Both the position numbers and the translations under genes were made by a program. Positions 1 through 10,200 of a DNA stretch of 64,000 nt are shown piece after piece. Below the pieces are notes generated by a model. It had not been told where the DNA came from. It saw only the letters and a program-made list of their open reading frames with translations, and did no database searches. Source of the stretch: Chloroflexota bacterium (GTDB lineage: Bacteria > Chloroflexota > UBA11872 > VXNJ01); assembly GCA_963664795.2 (NCBI GenBank), contig CAXXYJ010000024.1, forward strand, positions 4,154 through 68,153, in the 5' to 3' direction. Positions within the stretch are counted from its first letter, which is position 1; each line of letters starts with the position of its first letter.

Positions 1-32
1 GGGGATACGAACCGCGTCCCGGCCAGGCCCGA

Positions 33-1934
33 ATGGCCGAGGCGGTCGCGGACGCCATCGCCGGGGAGCATGTGCTGCTGGTGGAGGCCGGGACCGGGAC
101 CGGCAAGACGTTCGCCTACATCGCCCCGGGGCTGCTGGCCCGCAAGCGGATGGTCATCGCGACCGGCACCCGCGCCCTGCAGGACCAGCTGGTGGGCAAG
201 GACCTGCCGCAGATAACGTCCGCCCTGGGGTTGCCATCGCTTGCGGTGGTGAACCTGAAGGGCGCCGGCAACTACCTGTGCAAGTTCAAGTTCGCCCGGC
301 TCCGCACCGGCCAGCTGGAGCTGGAGATGGGCGGCAGACCGCCCGGCGCCCGGTTGATAAGCCAGATCGGGGAATGGGCCGATGCGACCGAGACCGGCGA
401 CTTTGCCGAGCTGACCGAAATAAGCCCTGACGATCCGATGCTCTCGTCGATCGACGGCTCGGGCGACATGTGCCACGGTCAGCGCTGCGAACTCTACTCC
501 GAGTGCCACGTGACCAGCGTGCGCCGACAGGCCGCCGACGCCGACGTGATCGTGACCAACCAGGCACTGTACCTGGCCGGCATTTCGCCCCAGCCCGGCG
601 CCGAGCCGCTGCTGCCGGAACACGACCTGGCGGTAATCGACGAAGCCCACCAGCTGGAAGGGTTCGCCTCGAACGCGTATTCGATCGATATCTCGCGCTC
701 GCGCTGGCGGCGAATCGCCCGCAACCTGCGGACGGCGAGCCAGCTGGCCGGGACCCGCATCCCGGCCGGAGGCGGCCTGGACGACGCGGCCGACCCGTTC
801 TTTAGCCGGCTGGAACGCTACGTCAACGAGGTCGCGGGCGGGACCGACGACGGTCCCTACCGGCGGCGGGTGGTGATCGATGCGGGCTCCCACGACAGAT
901 TCGTCGAGTTCATCTCCAATGCCGCCGCCGGCCTGATCAGCCGGATCGATGCGGCCAAACGGACCATCGAGGAACGGATCGAGACCGAAGACTCCCGATT
1001 TGACCCGCTTATACCGGTGGCCTCGAACCTGCTGGCCCAGCACGAGGACCTGCAGCGCATGCTGGACGACCCCGACCCGGCCTGGGTGATGCACCTGCAG
1101 CCCGACCGCCAGGGAAACTACGGGCTGGTCTCGACTCCCCTGGCGGTCGGGCCGATCCTGGCCGACCAGGTCTTCGGGCCGACCAGGCCCGCGGCCGCGG
1201 TCACGCTCACCTCGGCCACCCTGGCCACCAGCCAGGGGTTCGGATTCGTGCGCGGCCAGTTGGGGATCGCGGAGGCCGACGAAGTCGTCGTCGAGAGCCC
1301 GTTCGACCATGAAAAGGCGGCGCTGCTCTACGTCCCCCTGGGCCTTCCGCCGCCGGCGAGCACCGACGAGGGCAGGGCCCTTAAGCCGGTCGTGGACAAG
1401 ATCGTGGACCTGATCGGGGCCTGCAGCGGCGGCGTGTTCGTTCTCTGCACCAGCCGCCGGCGCATGATCCAGTACCACGATCTGGTGGCCGAGCGATCGG
1501 CCGGGCGCACCCTCCTGCTGCAGGGCCGGGCCTCGCCGGCCGCGCTCATCAGCCGGTTTAGGCGCGAGCAGAACGCGGTCCTGTTCGCGACCAAGAGCTT
1601 CTGGCAGGGCGTGGACATTCCCGGACGCGCGCTCTCGATGGTGATCGTGGACCGCCTCCCGTTCCCATCTCCCGGCGAGCCGGTATTCTCGGCGCGCTGC
1701 CGGGCCATCGACGCCGAGGGAGGGTCATCGTTCATGGCCCTGTCGTTGCCGCTGGCGGCGATGGACCTGAAGCAGGGATTCGGGCGGCTGATCCGCAGTC
1801 GCCGGGATCGCGGCGTGCTGGCCCTGCTCGAGGACCGGATCATGACCCGACGGTACGGCGGCTTGTTGCTGGGCGCCTTGCCGAAGGTCCCAATTACCCG
1901 CGAGATTGGCGAAGTGCGACGGCACTTTTCGTAG
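33..1934 (+). CDS. dinG: DinG-family ATP-dependent DNA helicase (XPD/Rad3-like SF2)
   Basis: 633-aa ORF. Walker A 'VEAGTGTGKTFAY', DEAH box 'VIDEAHQL', C-terminal helicase motifs 'FATKSFWQGVDIPG' and 'QGFGRLIRS'. Confidence 0.85.
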   Translation: MAEAVADAIAGEHVLLVEAGTGTGKTFAYIAPGLLARKRMVIATGTRALQDQLVGKDLPQITSALGLPSLAVVNLKGAGNYLCKFKFARLRTGQLELEMGGRPPGARLISQIGEWADATETGDFAELTEISPDDPMLSSIDGSGDMCHGQRCELYSECHVTSVRRQAADADVIVTNQALYLAGISPQPGAEPLLPEHDLAVIDEAHQLEGFASNAYSIDISRSRWRRIARNLRTASQLAGTRIPAGGGLDDAADPFFSRLERYVNEVAGGTDDGPYRRRVVIDAGSHDRFVEFISNAAAGLISRIDAAKRTIEERIETEDSRFDPLIPVASNLLAQHEDLQRMLDDPDPAWVMHLQPDRQGNYGLVSTPLAVGPILADQVFGPTRPAAAVTLTSATLATSQGFGFVRGQLGIAEADEVVVESPFDHEKAALLYVPLGLPPPASTDEGRALKPVVDKIVDLIGACSGGVFVLCTSRRRMIQYHDLVAERSAGRTLLLQGRASPAALISRFRREQNAVLFATKSFWQGVDIPGRALSMVIVDRLPFPSPGEPVFSARCRAIDAEGGSSFMALSLPLAAMDLKQGFGRLIRSRRDRGVLALLEDRIMTRRYGGLLLGALPKVPITREIGEVRRHFS

Positions 1935-2183
1935 CCGCTTCATCTCCCAGCGCCAATGGCCTCAGCAAACCGAACCAAGTGACTCTTCAACGGCCATCGA
2001 GCAAAGCCAACTCGAGAAGTGAATAAATGCAACGCTTCGTGCCCGCGGTATTCCGCGACATTGGCTGTGGCGCGAAAAAGCGAAGAGCGAACGAGCAGCT
2101 TTAGATTGCTTGCACGGCGCGCCCGTATCAAGCCCTCGGTAGCCGAACGGCGTTAGTCCGACGCAAAGCGTTCCTAAACCCAA

Positions 2184-3410
2184 ATGAAGCAACCAAAAAC
2201 CATCAAGAATAGCGATCTGGTCAGCATGCTCAATGCTGGTGAGTCCGATCGAGTCGAATTCAAGGAGTCTCTTTCCGGGCGAGCGCCCAAAACTGTCCGA
2301 GAAGCAGTGTGCGCATTCGCAAACGATCTACCGGGGTACAACGCCCCCGGCGTTGTATTCGTAGGCGTTCGGGACGACGGATCGCATTCAGGTAAGCGAA
2401 TAACGAAAGAACAGCTGCGAAATCTTGTGGACATCAAGACGGATGGCCATATTGTTCCGCCTCCGTCAATTGACGTGCGCACACTAAATTTGCCCTTCGG
2501 CGTCGTCGCTGCGCTGGTGGTTTGGCCCGCACTGTCACCTCCTGTCCGCTACGACGGAAGGGTGCACATTCGAATCGGCGCACGAAGAGGCGTTGCCACC
2601 GCCCACGATGAGCGCAATTTGAATGAGCGAAGAAAGTTCAAAGATATCCCTTTTGACGTGCATCCAATTCCATCGGCGGGCGTTTCAGATTTGAACCTCG
2701 GTTTTTTCAATGACGAATACTTGCCGAAAGCTCATGCACGAGACGTACTCGAAGCGAATGAACGCAGCACTGTAGAGCAATTGGCGGCCACAAAAATGAT
2801 CGCCTCGGTTGATGAGCAATTCGCGACCGTGTTAGGTGTATTGGTGCTGGGCAAAAATCCGCAGGATTTTTTGCCAGGCGCATACGTGCAATTCCTCAAA
2901 TTTGGCGGGGTGCACCCAACTGACCCGATTGAAGACAGCGAAGACATCCGCGGGGGCGTGACGGAAATCATCCGCCGCTTGGACGACAAATTCAAATCGC
3001 ACAATCGAATCGCAGTCGACGCAACTTCGGCTGCAACCGAGGTGCGGACTGCCCTTTACCCTATTGCCGCATTGCAACAGATCACCAGGAACGCGATCAT
3101 GCACCGCACCTATGAGGCCACGAATGCGCCAGTGCATGTGCGGTGGTTTACGGACCGAATCGAGGTTGTGAGCCCTGGCGGGGCGTTCGGCATGGTTGAC
3201 GCGGAAAACTTTGGAAGCGGAGTCGTCGACTACCGGAATCCCAACCTCGCAGAGTCTTTAAAAAATCTGGGGTTCGTGCAAAGATTTGGCATCGGGATTC
3301 AAATCGTGCGTTCAGAACTCAAAGTAGCTGGGCACCCTGCTGCGACGTTTGAAGTCAATCAAAACGTATTGTTGGCAACCGTTCCGGCTAACCCCAAATT
3401 GATCGGGTGA
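2184..3410 (+). CDS. AlbA_2 (Schlafen-type) DNA-binding domain protein with HATPase_c_4-like C-terminal module
   Basis: 408-aa ORF. N-terminal 'ESDRVEFKESLSG...AFANDLPG' pattern typical of AlbA_2 domains. C-terminal 'ITRNAIMHRTYE...IEVVSPGG' typical of the associated ATPase-like/HTH module. Visibly lower GC than the flanks. Confidence 0.7.
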   Translation: MKQPKTIKNSDLVSMLNAGESDRVEFKESLSGRAPKTVREAVCAFANDLPGYNAPGVVFVGVRDDGSHSGKRITKEQLRNLVDIKTDGHIVPPPSIDVRTLNLPFGVVAALVVWPALSPPVRYDGRVHIRIGARRGVATAHDERNLNERRKFKDIPFDVHPIPSAGVSDLNLGFFNDEYLPKAHARDVLEANERSTVEQLAATKMIASVDEQFATVLGVLVLGKNPQDFLPGAYVQFLKFGGVHPTDPIEDSEDIRGGVTEIIRRLDDKFKSHNRIAVDATSAATEVRTALYPIAALQQITRNAIMHRTYEATNAPVHVRWFTDRIEVVSPGGAFGMVDAENFGSGVVDYRNPNLAESLKNLGFVQRFGIGIQIVRSELKVAGHPAATFEVNQNVLLATVPANPKLIG

Positions 3411-4453
3411 AGATCATGCCGGTTCCGGTATTGACTTGCTTCAATAACAAAGGCGGGGTCGGCAAGACTTCTCTCGTCTATCACTTAGCCTGGATGCTGT
3501 CCGAATCCGGACATCAAGTTCTTGCTTGTGATTTGGATCCGCAAGCTAATCTCACCAGCATGTTTCTCTCGGAGAGTCAGCTGGAAGGCATCTACGGCGA
3601 AAACGGATCACCGAGTTCAACTGCCAATACGGTGTTCGAATGCGTCAAGCCTTTGATGGAAGTTTCTGATTTGCGGAAATCGAAACTCCAAGCCATTACG
3701 CCCGAATTAGGTCTCATTCCGGGCGATCTCGCGTTGGCTGGATTTGAAGACACGCTTTCGGCCGAATGGCCAAGGGCGCTGGATTCAGGTCCGCCAAATA
3801 GGCCATTCCGGATATTGAGCGCGTTTTCGACGATCATGCAAGCCGGCGCCGAGGAATTTGGGGCTTCAATCGTACTCGCTGATGTCGGGCCAAATCTGGG
3901 CGCCATAAATCGGTCCGGGTTGATCGCAACAGATTTTGTAGTCGTGCCGGTTGGCGCTGATCTGTTCTCTTTGCGAGGGTTGCGAAACCTGGGGCCAACG
4001 CTGCAGAGGTGGCGAGGTGATTGGCAAAAGCGGCTTGACAATTGGGAAGATCCAGATTTCGATCTCCCTGGAGGGGGCATGAAGCCGATCGGTTATGTCG
4101 TGCAGCAGCATAGTGTCCGATTGGATCGGCCGGTTAAGGCGTATGACAAATGGGTTAACCGGGTCCCAGGGCAATACGCTGAGCACTTGCTCGGAGAGGA
4201 TTCTCACGATGTCCCGCTCTCTCCGGAACAAGACTCCCATGCGCTCGCAACAATCAAGCACTACCGCAGCTTGGTACCGATGGCGCAAGAAGCGCGCAAA
4301 CCAGTGTTCGGTCTTAATTCCGCCGACGGAGCGATCGGAAGTCATGCGGCCGCAGCGCGAACAGCTTACGAAGATTTCCGCTCGTTAGCTGACCGAATCT
4401 GCAGGCGAATGAGCGAAAGCGAATCAGAATTGGCCCAGCCTATCGCGCTTTGA
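3407..4453 (+). CDS. ParA/Soj-like P-loop ATPase with long C-terminal extension
   Basis: 348-aa ORF. Deviant Walker A 'NNKGGVGKTS' and 'ACDLDPQANLT'. The GTG start overlaps the upstream stop (GTGA at 3407-3410); an alternative ATG lies at 3416. Confidence 0.8.
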   Translation: MKIMPVPVLTCFNNKGGVGKTSLVYHLAWMLSESGHQVLACDLDPQANLTSMFLSESQLEGIYGENGSPSSTANTVFECVKPLMEVSDLRKSKLQAITPELGLIPGDLALAGFEDTLSAEWPRALDSGPPNRPFRILSAFSTIMQAGAEEFGASIVLADVGPNLGAINRSGLIATDFVVVPVGADLFSLRGLRNLGPTLQRWRGDWQKRLDNWEDPDFDLPGGGMKPIGYVVQQHSVRLDRPVKAYDKWVNRVPGQYAEHLLGEDSHDVPLSPEQDSHALATIKHYRSLVPMAQEARKPVFGLNSADGAIGSHAAAARTAYEDFRSLADRICRRMSESESELAQPIAL

Positions 4454-4470
4454 AACCATTTAGCGCACAG

Positions 4471-4492
4471 AATTCAAGGGCACCCTTGATTC
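4471..4492 (+). terminator. Imperfect palindrome (AATTCAAGGG-CA-CCCTTGATT) about 20 nt after the ParA-like stop; possible terminator
   Basis: 7-bp perfect core stem TCAAGGG/CCCTTGA read directly from the sequence. No T-tract follows, so the call is weak. Confidence 0.25.
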
Positions 4493-4694
4493 AGAATGCC
4501 TGTTAAGGCTGTTTCCGATTCGGCGATTCAGCCTACCCGAACTCTGAGTTCAAATTTCATCTAAAGAATTTCACAAATCGCAATCGAATCGGAAGGACGA
4601 TAACGCCAAACACATGCTGTCAATTAAGGCTCGGCAGATTCCCGGAAGAGACGCTGTTGGTGCCCATTAATTTGCGATTCAGCAGCCTCCAAAT

Positions 4695-7085
4695 TCAACT
4701 GGAGTCTGACTCTTCAGTCGCGACATAATCGCCGATCTTGCCGGTGTAACGGCATTTGGGGAATCCGCTGCAGCCCACGAATTCGCCGTAGCGACCGCGT
4801 TTGACGCTCAGGTCCATGCCGCATGTCGGGCACTCGCCCACGACCACCACGTTTGCATTCTTTTTGGCCGATTTTGAGGCCGACTTGGCCGGGGCCGACT
4901 CCTTGGACTGCTGGCGCGGGTCCTGCCAGGTCGAATATTCGCAGCCCGGGTAGCGCTCGCAGCCGTAGAAGGTCCGGCCGCGGCGGGTCTTTTTTATCAC
5001 CAGCTGGGCATCGGCGCAGTCCGGGCACTGGACCCCGGTCGGCTCGGTGATCTGGCGCGTGTAGCGGCAATCGGGGTAGGTCTCGCAGCCGATGAACCGG
5101 CCGAACCGGCCCTGCTTGTAGACCAGGCCCGAGTCGCAGTCCGGGCAGGGTTCGCCGACCGCATTTGATTCCTCGCCGTTGCTTTCGGCTTCCAGGTCGC
5201 GCGTGTACCGGCATTCGGGAAATGCCGAGCAGCCCACGAACATTCCGTTGCGGCCCAGCCGCTTGACCAGCGGTTGCGGACAGCGGGGGCACTCCTCGTC
5301 CAGCACCTCGTCTGCGACCGGTTTCTTCAGGTTCTCGCGGGCGTTTGCGAGGTCCTTGTCCAACCGCACCCAGAAATCGCCGGTGGCGTCAACCCAGTCC
5401 AGTTCGCCGCTGGCGACGCGGTCGAGTTCGGTCTCCATCCGGGCGGTGAACGCCACGTCGACGATGTCGGCGAAGAATTCGGCCATCGCGTCGGTTACGA
5501 ATTCGCCGGTCTGGGTCGGCTCCAGGACCCGGCGCTGGCTGGTCACGTACTGGCGGTCCTTCAGCGTCCGGATGATCGCCGCGTAGGTGCTGGGGCGCCC
5601 GATGCCCTCGTCCTCGAGCACCTTGATCAGGCCGGCTTCGCTGTAGCGCGGCGGCGGCTCGGAGGCGTGCTTCTGCGATTGGATCTCGAGCAATTCGATC
5701 GGATCGCCGACCGAGCGTGCGGCCAGGTAGTCAAAGCAGGCCGATTCCTCGGCGGTTATGCGCGGACCGTAGCTGGCGACCCGCAGGCAGCCCAGATCGA
5801 TGACGCGCGAGGCCGATACCCTGAACACGTACTCGGAATCGGGATCCGTGGCCACGTCCGCGGCCAGGCGGCGCGCGGTCCCGGGCACCATCTGGCTGGC
5901 GACGAACTGGCGCCAGATCAGGTCGTAGAGCTTGCGCTGGTCGGGATCCAGGGCCTCGCCGAGCACCTCCGGCGACAGCGCGACCTCGGTGGGACGGATC
6001 GCCTCGTGCGCCTCCTGGGCGTTGCGGGTCCGGGTCTTGTAGAAGTTGGGCTTTTCGGGCAGGTATTCCCCGCCCAGTTCGGTCCCCACGTAACCGCGAA
6101 CCGAATCGAGGGCCTGGCCCGAAACGCTCACCGAATCGGTTCGCATATAGGTGATCAGACCGATCTGGCCGCGCCCCGGCACCCGGACGCCTTCGTAAAG
6201 GCGCTGGGCGATGCGCATAGTCTGCGAGGGCGAGAGCCGCAGGCGGTTCGAGGCCGCGCGCTGCAGGCTGGCGGTCGTAAATGGAGCCTGCGGGCGCAGG
6301 CGCCGGTCGTTCTGCCGTAGGTCGGTGACCTGGTAGTTGGCCTGGCCCAGCGGGTCGATCAACTCCGCGGCGGCGTCGGCGTCGAGCTTCAGCTCCTTGC
6401 CTTCCCGGTGCAGGCGGGCGGTGAAGGCGGCCACGCCGGTTCCGGGATCGCCGAACTGGCCGTCGACGGTCCACCATTCCTCGGGCACGAATTCGCGCCG
6501 CTTGCGTTCGCGGTCGACCACGATTCGCAGGGCCACGCTCTGGACGCGGCCGGCCGAGGATCCGCCCGGGATCCGGCGCCGCAGGATGGGGGAGATCTTA
6601 AAGCCCACCAGGCGGTCAAGAACGCGGCGCGCCTGCTGGGCCTCGACCAGGCGGTCGTCGACCGGTTCGGGCGCGTTGAGCGCGTCGCGCACCGCCGATT
6701 TGGTGATCTCGTGGAAGCGCACCCGGCTGGTCTTCTTCTCGTCAAGATCGGCCGCCGCCATCAGGTGCCAGGCGATGGCCTCGCCCTCGCGGTCGGGGTC
6801 GGTGGCCAGCAGCACCGAGTCCGAGGCCGCGGCCGCCTTGCGGATCTGGGTCACCGTCTTCTGCTTGTCGCGCGGAACGACGTAGGTCGGCGCAAACCCG
6901 TTGTCGATGTCCACGCCCAGGTTGCCCTTGGGGAGGTCGCGGATATGCCCCACCGAGGCCAGCACCTCGTAGTCCTTGCCAAGATAGCGCTTGATGGTCT
7001 GCGCCTTGGTGCCGGATTCGACGATCACCAGGTTCGGGGCCGCTCGCGAACGGCGTTTGGTGGATGATTTGCGGCGTTGGGCCAT
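4695..7085 (-). CDS. topA: DNA topoisomerase I (type IA) with four C-terminal zinc ribbons
   Basis: 796-aa ORF. Toprim 'LVIVESGTKAQTIKRYLG', active-site Tyr region 'GLITYMRTDS', and four CxxC...GCxxxPxCRY zinc-ribbon repeats at the C-terminus. Confidence 0.95.
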   Translation of the reverse strand: MAQRRKSSTKRRSRAAPNLVIVESGTKAQTIKRYLGKDYEVLASVGHIRDLPKGNLGVDIDNGFAPTYVVPRDKQKTVTQIRKAAAASDSVLLATDPDREGEAIAWHLMAAADLDEKKTSRVRFHEITKSAVRDALNAPEPVDDRLVEAQQARRVLDRLVGFKISPILRRRIPGGSSAGRVQSVALRIVVDRERKRREFVPEEWWTVDGQFGDPGTGVAAFTARLHREGKELKLDADAAAELIDPLGQANYQVTDLRQNDRRLRPQAPFTTASLQRAASNRLRLSPSQTMRIAQRLYEGVRVPGRGQIGLITYMRTDSVSVSGQALDSVRGYVGTELGGEYLPEKPNFYKTRTRNAQEAHEAIRPTEVALSPEVLGEALDPDQRKLYDLIWRQFVASQMVPGTARRLAADVATDPDSEYVFRVSASRVIDLGCLRVASYGPRITAEESACFDYLAARSVGDPIELLEIQSQKHASEPPPRYSEAGLIKVLEDEGIGRPSTYAAIIRTLKDRQYVTSQRRVLEPTQTGEFVTDAMAEFFADIVDVAFTARMETELDRVASGELDWVDATGDFWVRLDKDLANARENLKKPVADEVLDEECPRCPQPLVKRLGRNGMFVGCSAFPECRYTRDLEAESNGEESNAVGEPCPDCDSGLVYKQGRFGRFIGCETYPDCRYTRQITEPTGVQCPDCADAQLVIKKTRRGRTFYGCERYPGCEYSTWQDPRQQSKESAPAKSASKSAKKNANVVVVGECPTCGMDLSVKRGRYGEFVGCSGFPKCRYTGKIGDYVATEESDSS

Positions 7086-7236
7086 GGTCAGTTCGGTAAG
7101 TGGATTGCGGTCGCGCGCTAGGTCCGGCCGCCTCCGGTGCGGGTCGGGCGCGCATTTTTCGGCGCCGGACCGGTCCGCTCGATTGGGCCGTTGAGCGTCA
7201 GAGCACCCAACCTTAGCAGACGCGCGCCCTCAGGGT

Positions 7237-10200
7237 CTAGCCCGGCGCGGAGCGCACCGCCCGGCCGATCCGGCCGGATCCGGCGCCTTCGAAGTAGGAA
7301 AGCAGCCGTCGGCGCCAGTCGGGACGATCCTCGAAATCCGGCCAGGTGATTCCGAGTTGCCCCAGGCGCGCCTCGGGCCCGAGACGGCGCCGCAGGTCGC
7401 CGCGGTCGACGAAGCGTTCGGGGTCCAGGCGCATCACCAGGTCGGCGCCGGTGGTGGCGATCGAATCAATCCCCAGTTCGGTGGCGTGCGCGCGCACCTT
7501 GGCCACGTAGACGAGGTTGGCCACCGGATCGGGGAATTCGCCGAACCTATCGCGCAGCCCGGCCGCCACCGCCTCGACCGCGCTCACCGAATCGGCCCGC
7601 ACCAGGCGCTGGTACTCGCGCAGCTTGGCCGCATAGGTCCCGGTGTATTCGTCGGGGATGTAGGCGCTCAGCGGCAGATCGACCGGGGTCAGGGAGCGCG
7701 GCTTCAGCTCGTCGGCGGGGCCCGAACCCTTGGCCTCGCGGACCGCGTCGCGCACCATCTGCAGATACATGTAAAGGCCCACCGTGTTGGCGAACCCGGA
7801 CTGGTTGGCGCCGAGCATGTCGCCCGCCCCGCGGATCTGCAGGTCGCGCATCGCCAGCCGCAGGCCGGCGCCGAGATCGTTGGCCTCCAGGACGGCCTGC
7901 AGGCGTTTCTGGGCCGCCTCGGTCAGGCGGTCCTCGCGGGTGTAGAGGAAGTACGCGTAGGCCTGGGTCGCCGACCTTCCGACCCGGCCGCGCAGCTGGT
8001 AGAGCTGGGCCAGTCCGAACATCCAGCATTCATCCACGACCAGGGTGTTCACGTTGGGCAGGTCGACCCCGTTTTCGATAATCGCGGTGCAGACCAGGAC
8101 GTCGTGCTGGCCGCCGGCGAATTCGACCATCACCGACTCCAGCGCGTTCGACGGCATCTGGCCGTGGGCGACGGCGACCCGGGCGCGCGGACAGATCTTG
8201 GAGACCTTGGCGGCCGCGCCGTAGATCGAGTTGACCCGGTTGTGGACGAAGAACACCTGGCCGCCGCGGGCCAGCTCGGATTCGATCGCCTCGCGGATCA
8301 CTCCCTCCTCGTAGGCGGTCACGTAGGACTTGACCGGACGGCGGTCGTGCGGAGGCGATTCGATCACCGAGATGTCGCGCACCTCGGTCAGGGCCATGTG
8401 CAGGGTCCGCGGGATCGGGGTGGCGGTCAGCGTCAGGACGTCGACCTCGGCGCGCAGTTTTTTGAGGCGTTCCTTCTGGGCCACGCCGAACCGCTGCTCC
8501 TCGTCGACGACCACCAGCCCTAGGTCGGCGAAATTTATGTCGCGCGAGAGCAGGCGGTGGGTGCCGATGACGATGTCGACGTCGCCGGATTCCAGACTTG
8601 CGACGATCTTTTTCTGGTTCGCCGGGGACTGGAAGCGCGAGAGCAGCGCCACCTCCAGCGGATAGTCTCCGAGACGGCCCCGGAACGTGTCGTGGTGCTG
8701 CTGGGCCAGGATCGTGGTCGGAACCAGTACCGCGACCTGCTTGCCTTCCTGGGCAGCCTTGAAGGCGGCCCGCACCGCCACCTCGGTCTTGCCGAATCCG
8801 ACGTCGCCGCAGATCAGGCGGTCCATCGGCCGGTCGGACTCCATGTCGGCCTTCACCTGCTCGATGGCGGTGACCTGGTCCGGGGTCTCGACGAACGGGA
8901 AGGCCTGCTCCATCGACAGCTGCCAGTCCGAATCCGGCCCGAACGAGTGGCCCGGGCCGCTCTCGCGGGTGGCGTAAATCTCCAGCAGCTCGCCGGCGAT
9001 CTCGCGCGCGGCCCCCGACGCCTTGCGCTTGGCGCGGGACCAGTCCTTGGTGCCCAGGCGGGACAGCTTGGGTCTGGCCTCGCCGGCGCCGACGAAGCGC
9101 TGGACCCGGCCTAGCTGATCGACCGGGACGTAGAGCTTGCCGTCGCGGGCGTACTCGATCTGCAGGTACTCGCGGTCGCCGGCGGCATTGGCCAGCCGCA
9201 CCACGCCCCGGTAGCGTCCGATTCCGTGCTCGACGTGGACGACGTAGTCGCCCTCGGAGAGATCGAGCAGGAACTCATCGTCGACGGCGGGCTTGGCCGA
9301 GGGCGCCGCGCGGCGCCGCATCCGCCCGAATATCTCGGCGTCGGTGAGCAGCTGCAGGCCCAGGCCGCGGTGCCGCCAGCCGCGCATCAGCGAGGCCCGC
9401 ACGACCACCACGTCGCCGGGCCCGAGCCGGCCTCCGGCCTCGGCCAGGGGCGTGGCCCAGACCCCGTGCTCGGTCAGCAGTTCGACCAGGCGGTCCCCCT
9501 GGTAGCTGGCCAGGATCGTGGCCAGCCCGCTCTCGGCCAGCTCGTTGGCCATGTGCAGCAACCTGCCGCCGTACGATTCCGGCGAGGAGAAAGCCTCGGT
9601 GGCGTGGACCTCGTCGGTTCCGGGGCCGGAACCGCTCTGGAGGAGCCGTAAGTGGGCGGATTCGATCGCCTCGGTCAGCGGGGCGAGGCCGTTTAGCGGG
9701 TTTCCGATGCCGCGCGGGAGCTGGCGATCCTTCAGCAGCTGGGCGCGCAGGCGCTCCTCGGCGCCGGACTGTTCGCGCAGGGCCCAGGCGATCGCGTCAG
9801 GGTCCTCGACCACAAGGCGCGCGGCGCCGGCAAATTCCAGCAGGCTGGATGATTCGCCCTGGCAGGAGGAGAGCAGGAACGGGGCCGCGTCGAAGAAGGA
9901 GCCCTCCGCCAGCAGCGCCAGCTGGCGCTGCAGCCGGTCCTGGTCGGCGCGCCGCAGGCCCTCGATGTCGAGCCTGCCCAGCGCCGCCGCCGCCTGCGGG
10001 CCGCGCCAGACCGGATGCTCGGTGGCCGATCCGACCTCCCAGCCCTCCAGGACGGCGCCGGATCGCTGGTCGGTGACGTCGAAGTAGCGCAGCGATTCGA
10101 TCTCGTCATCGAAGAAGTCGACCCGGATCGGATGCGGGGAATCGGCCGGGTAAAAGTCCAGCAGTCCGCCCCGCTGGACGAATTCGCCCGGTTCCTCGAC

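Noticed and set aside
5274-6320. Long ORFs antisense to or out of frame with real genes. Examples: 5274-6320, 7357-8523, 10015-11169, 20422-21936, 22969-24138, 32258-33700, 36489-37568, 40293-41216, 45710-47356, 46512-48464, 49919-51121, 51824-53524 and 62037-62900.
   Set aside because: Their translations are Arg/Gly/Pro/Ala-rich with no recognisable motifs. Each is fully shadowed by a gene with strong family signatures on the other strand or frame. This is the expected artefact of stop-codon scarcity in GC-rich DNA.
7150-7180. GGCGCGC-ATTTTTC-GGCGCC palindrome between mfd and topA, considered as a terminator.
   Set aside because: The stem is only ~5 bp. The T-run lies in the loop rather than after the stem for the transcribed (minus) strand.
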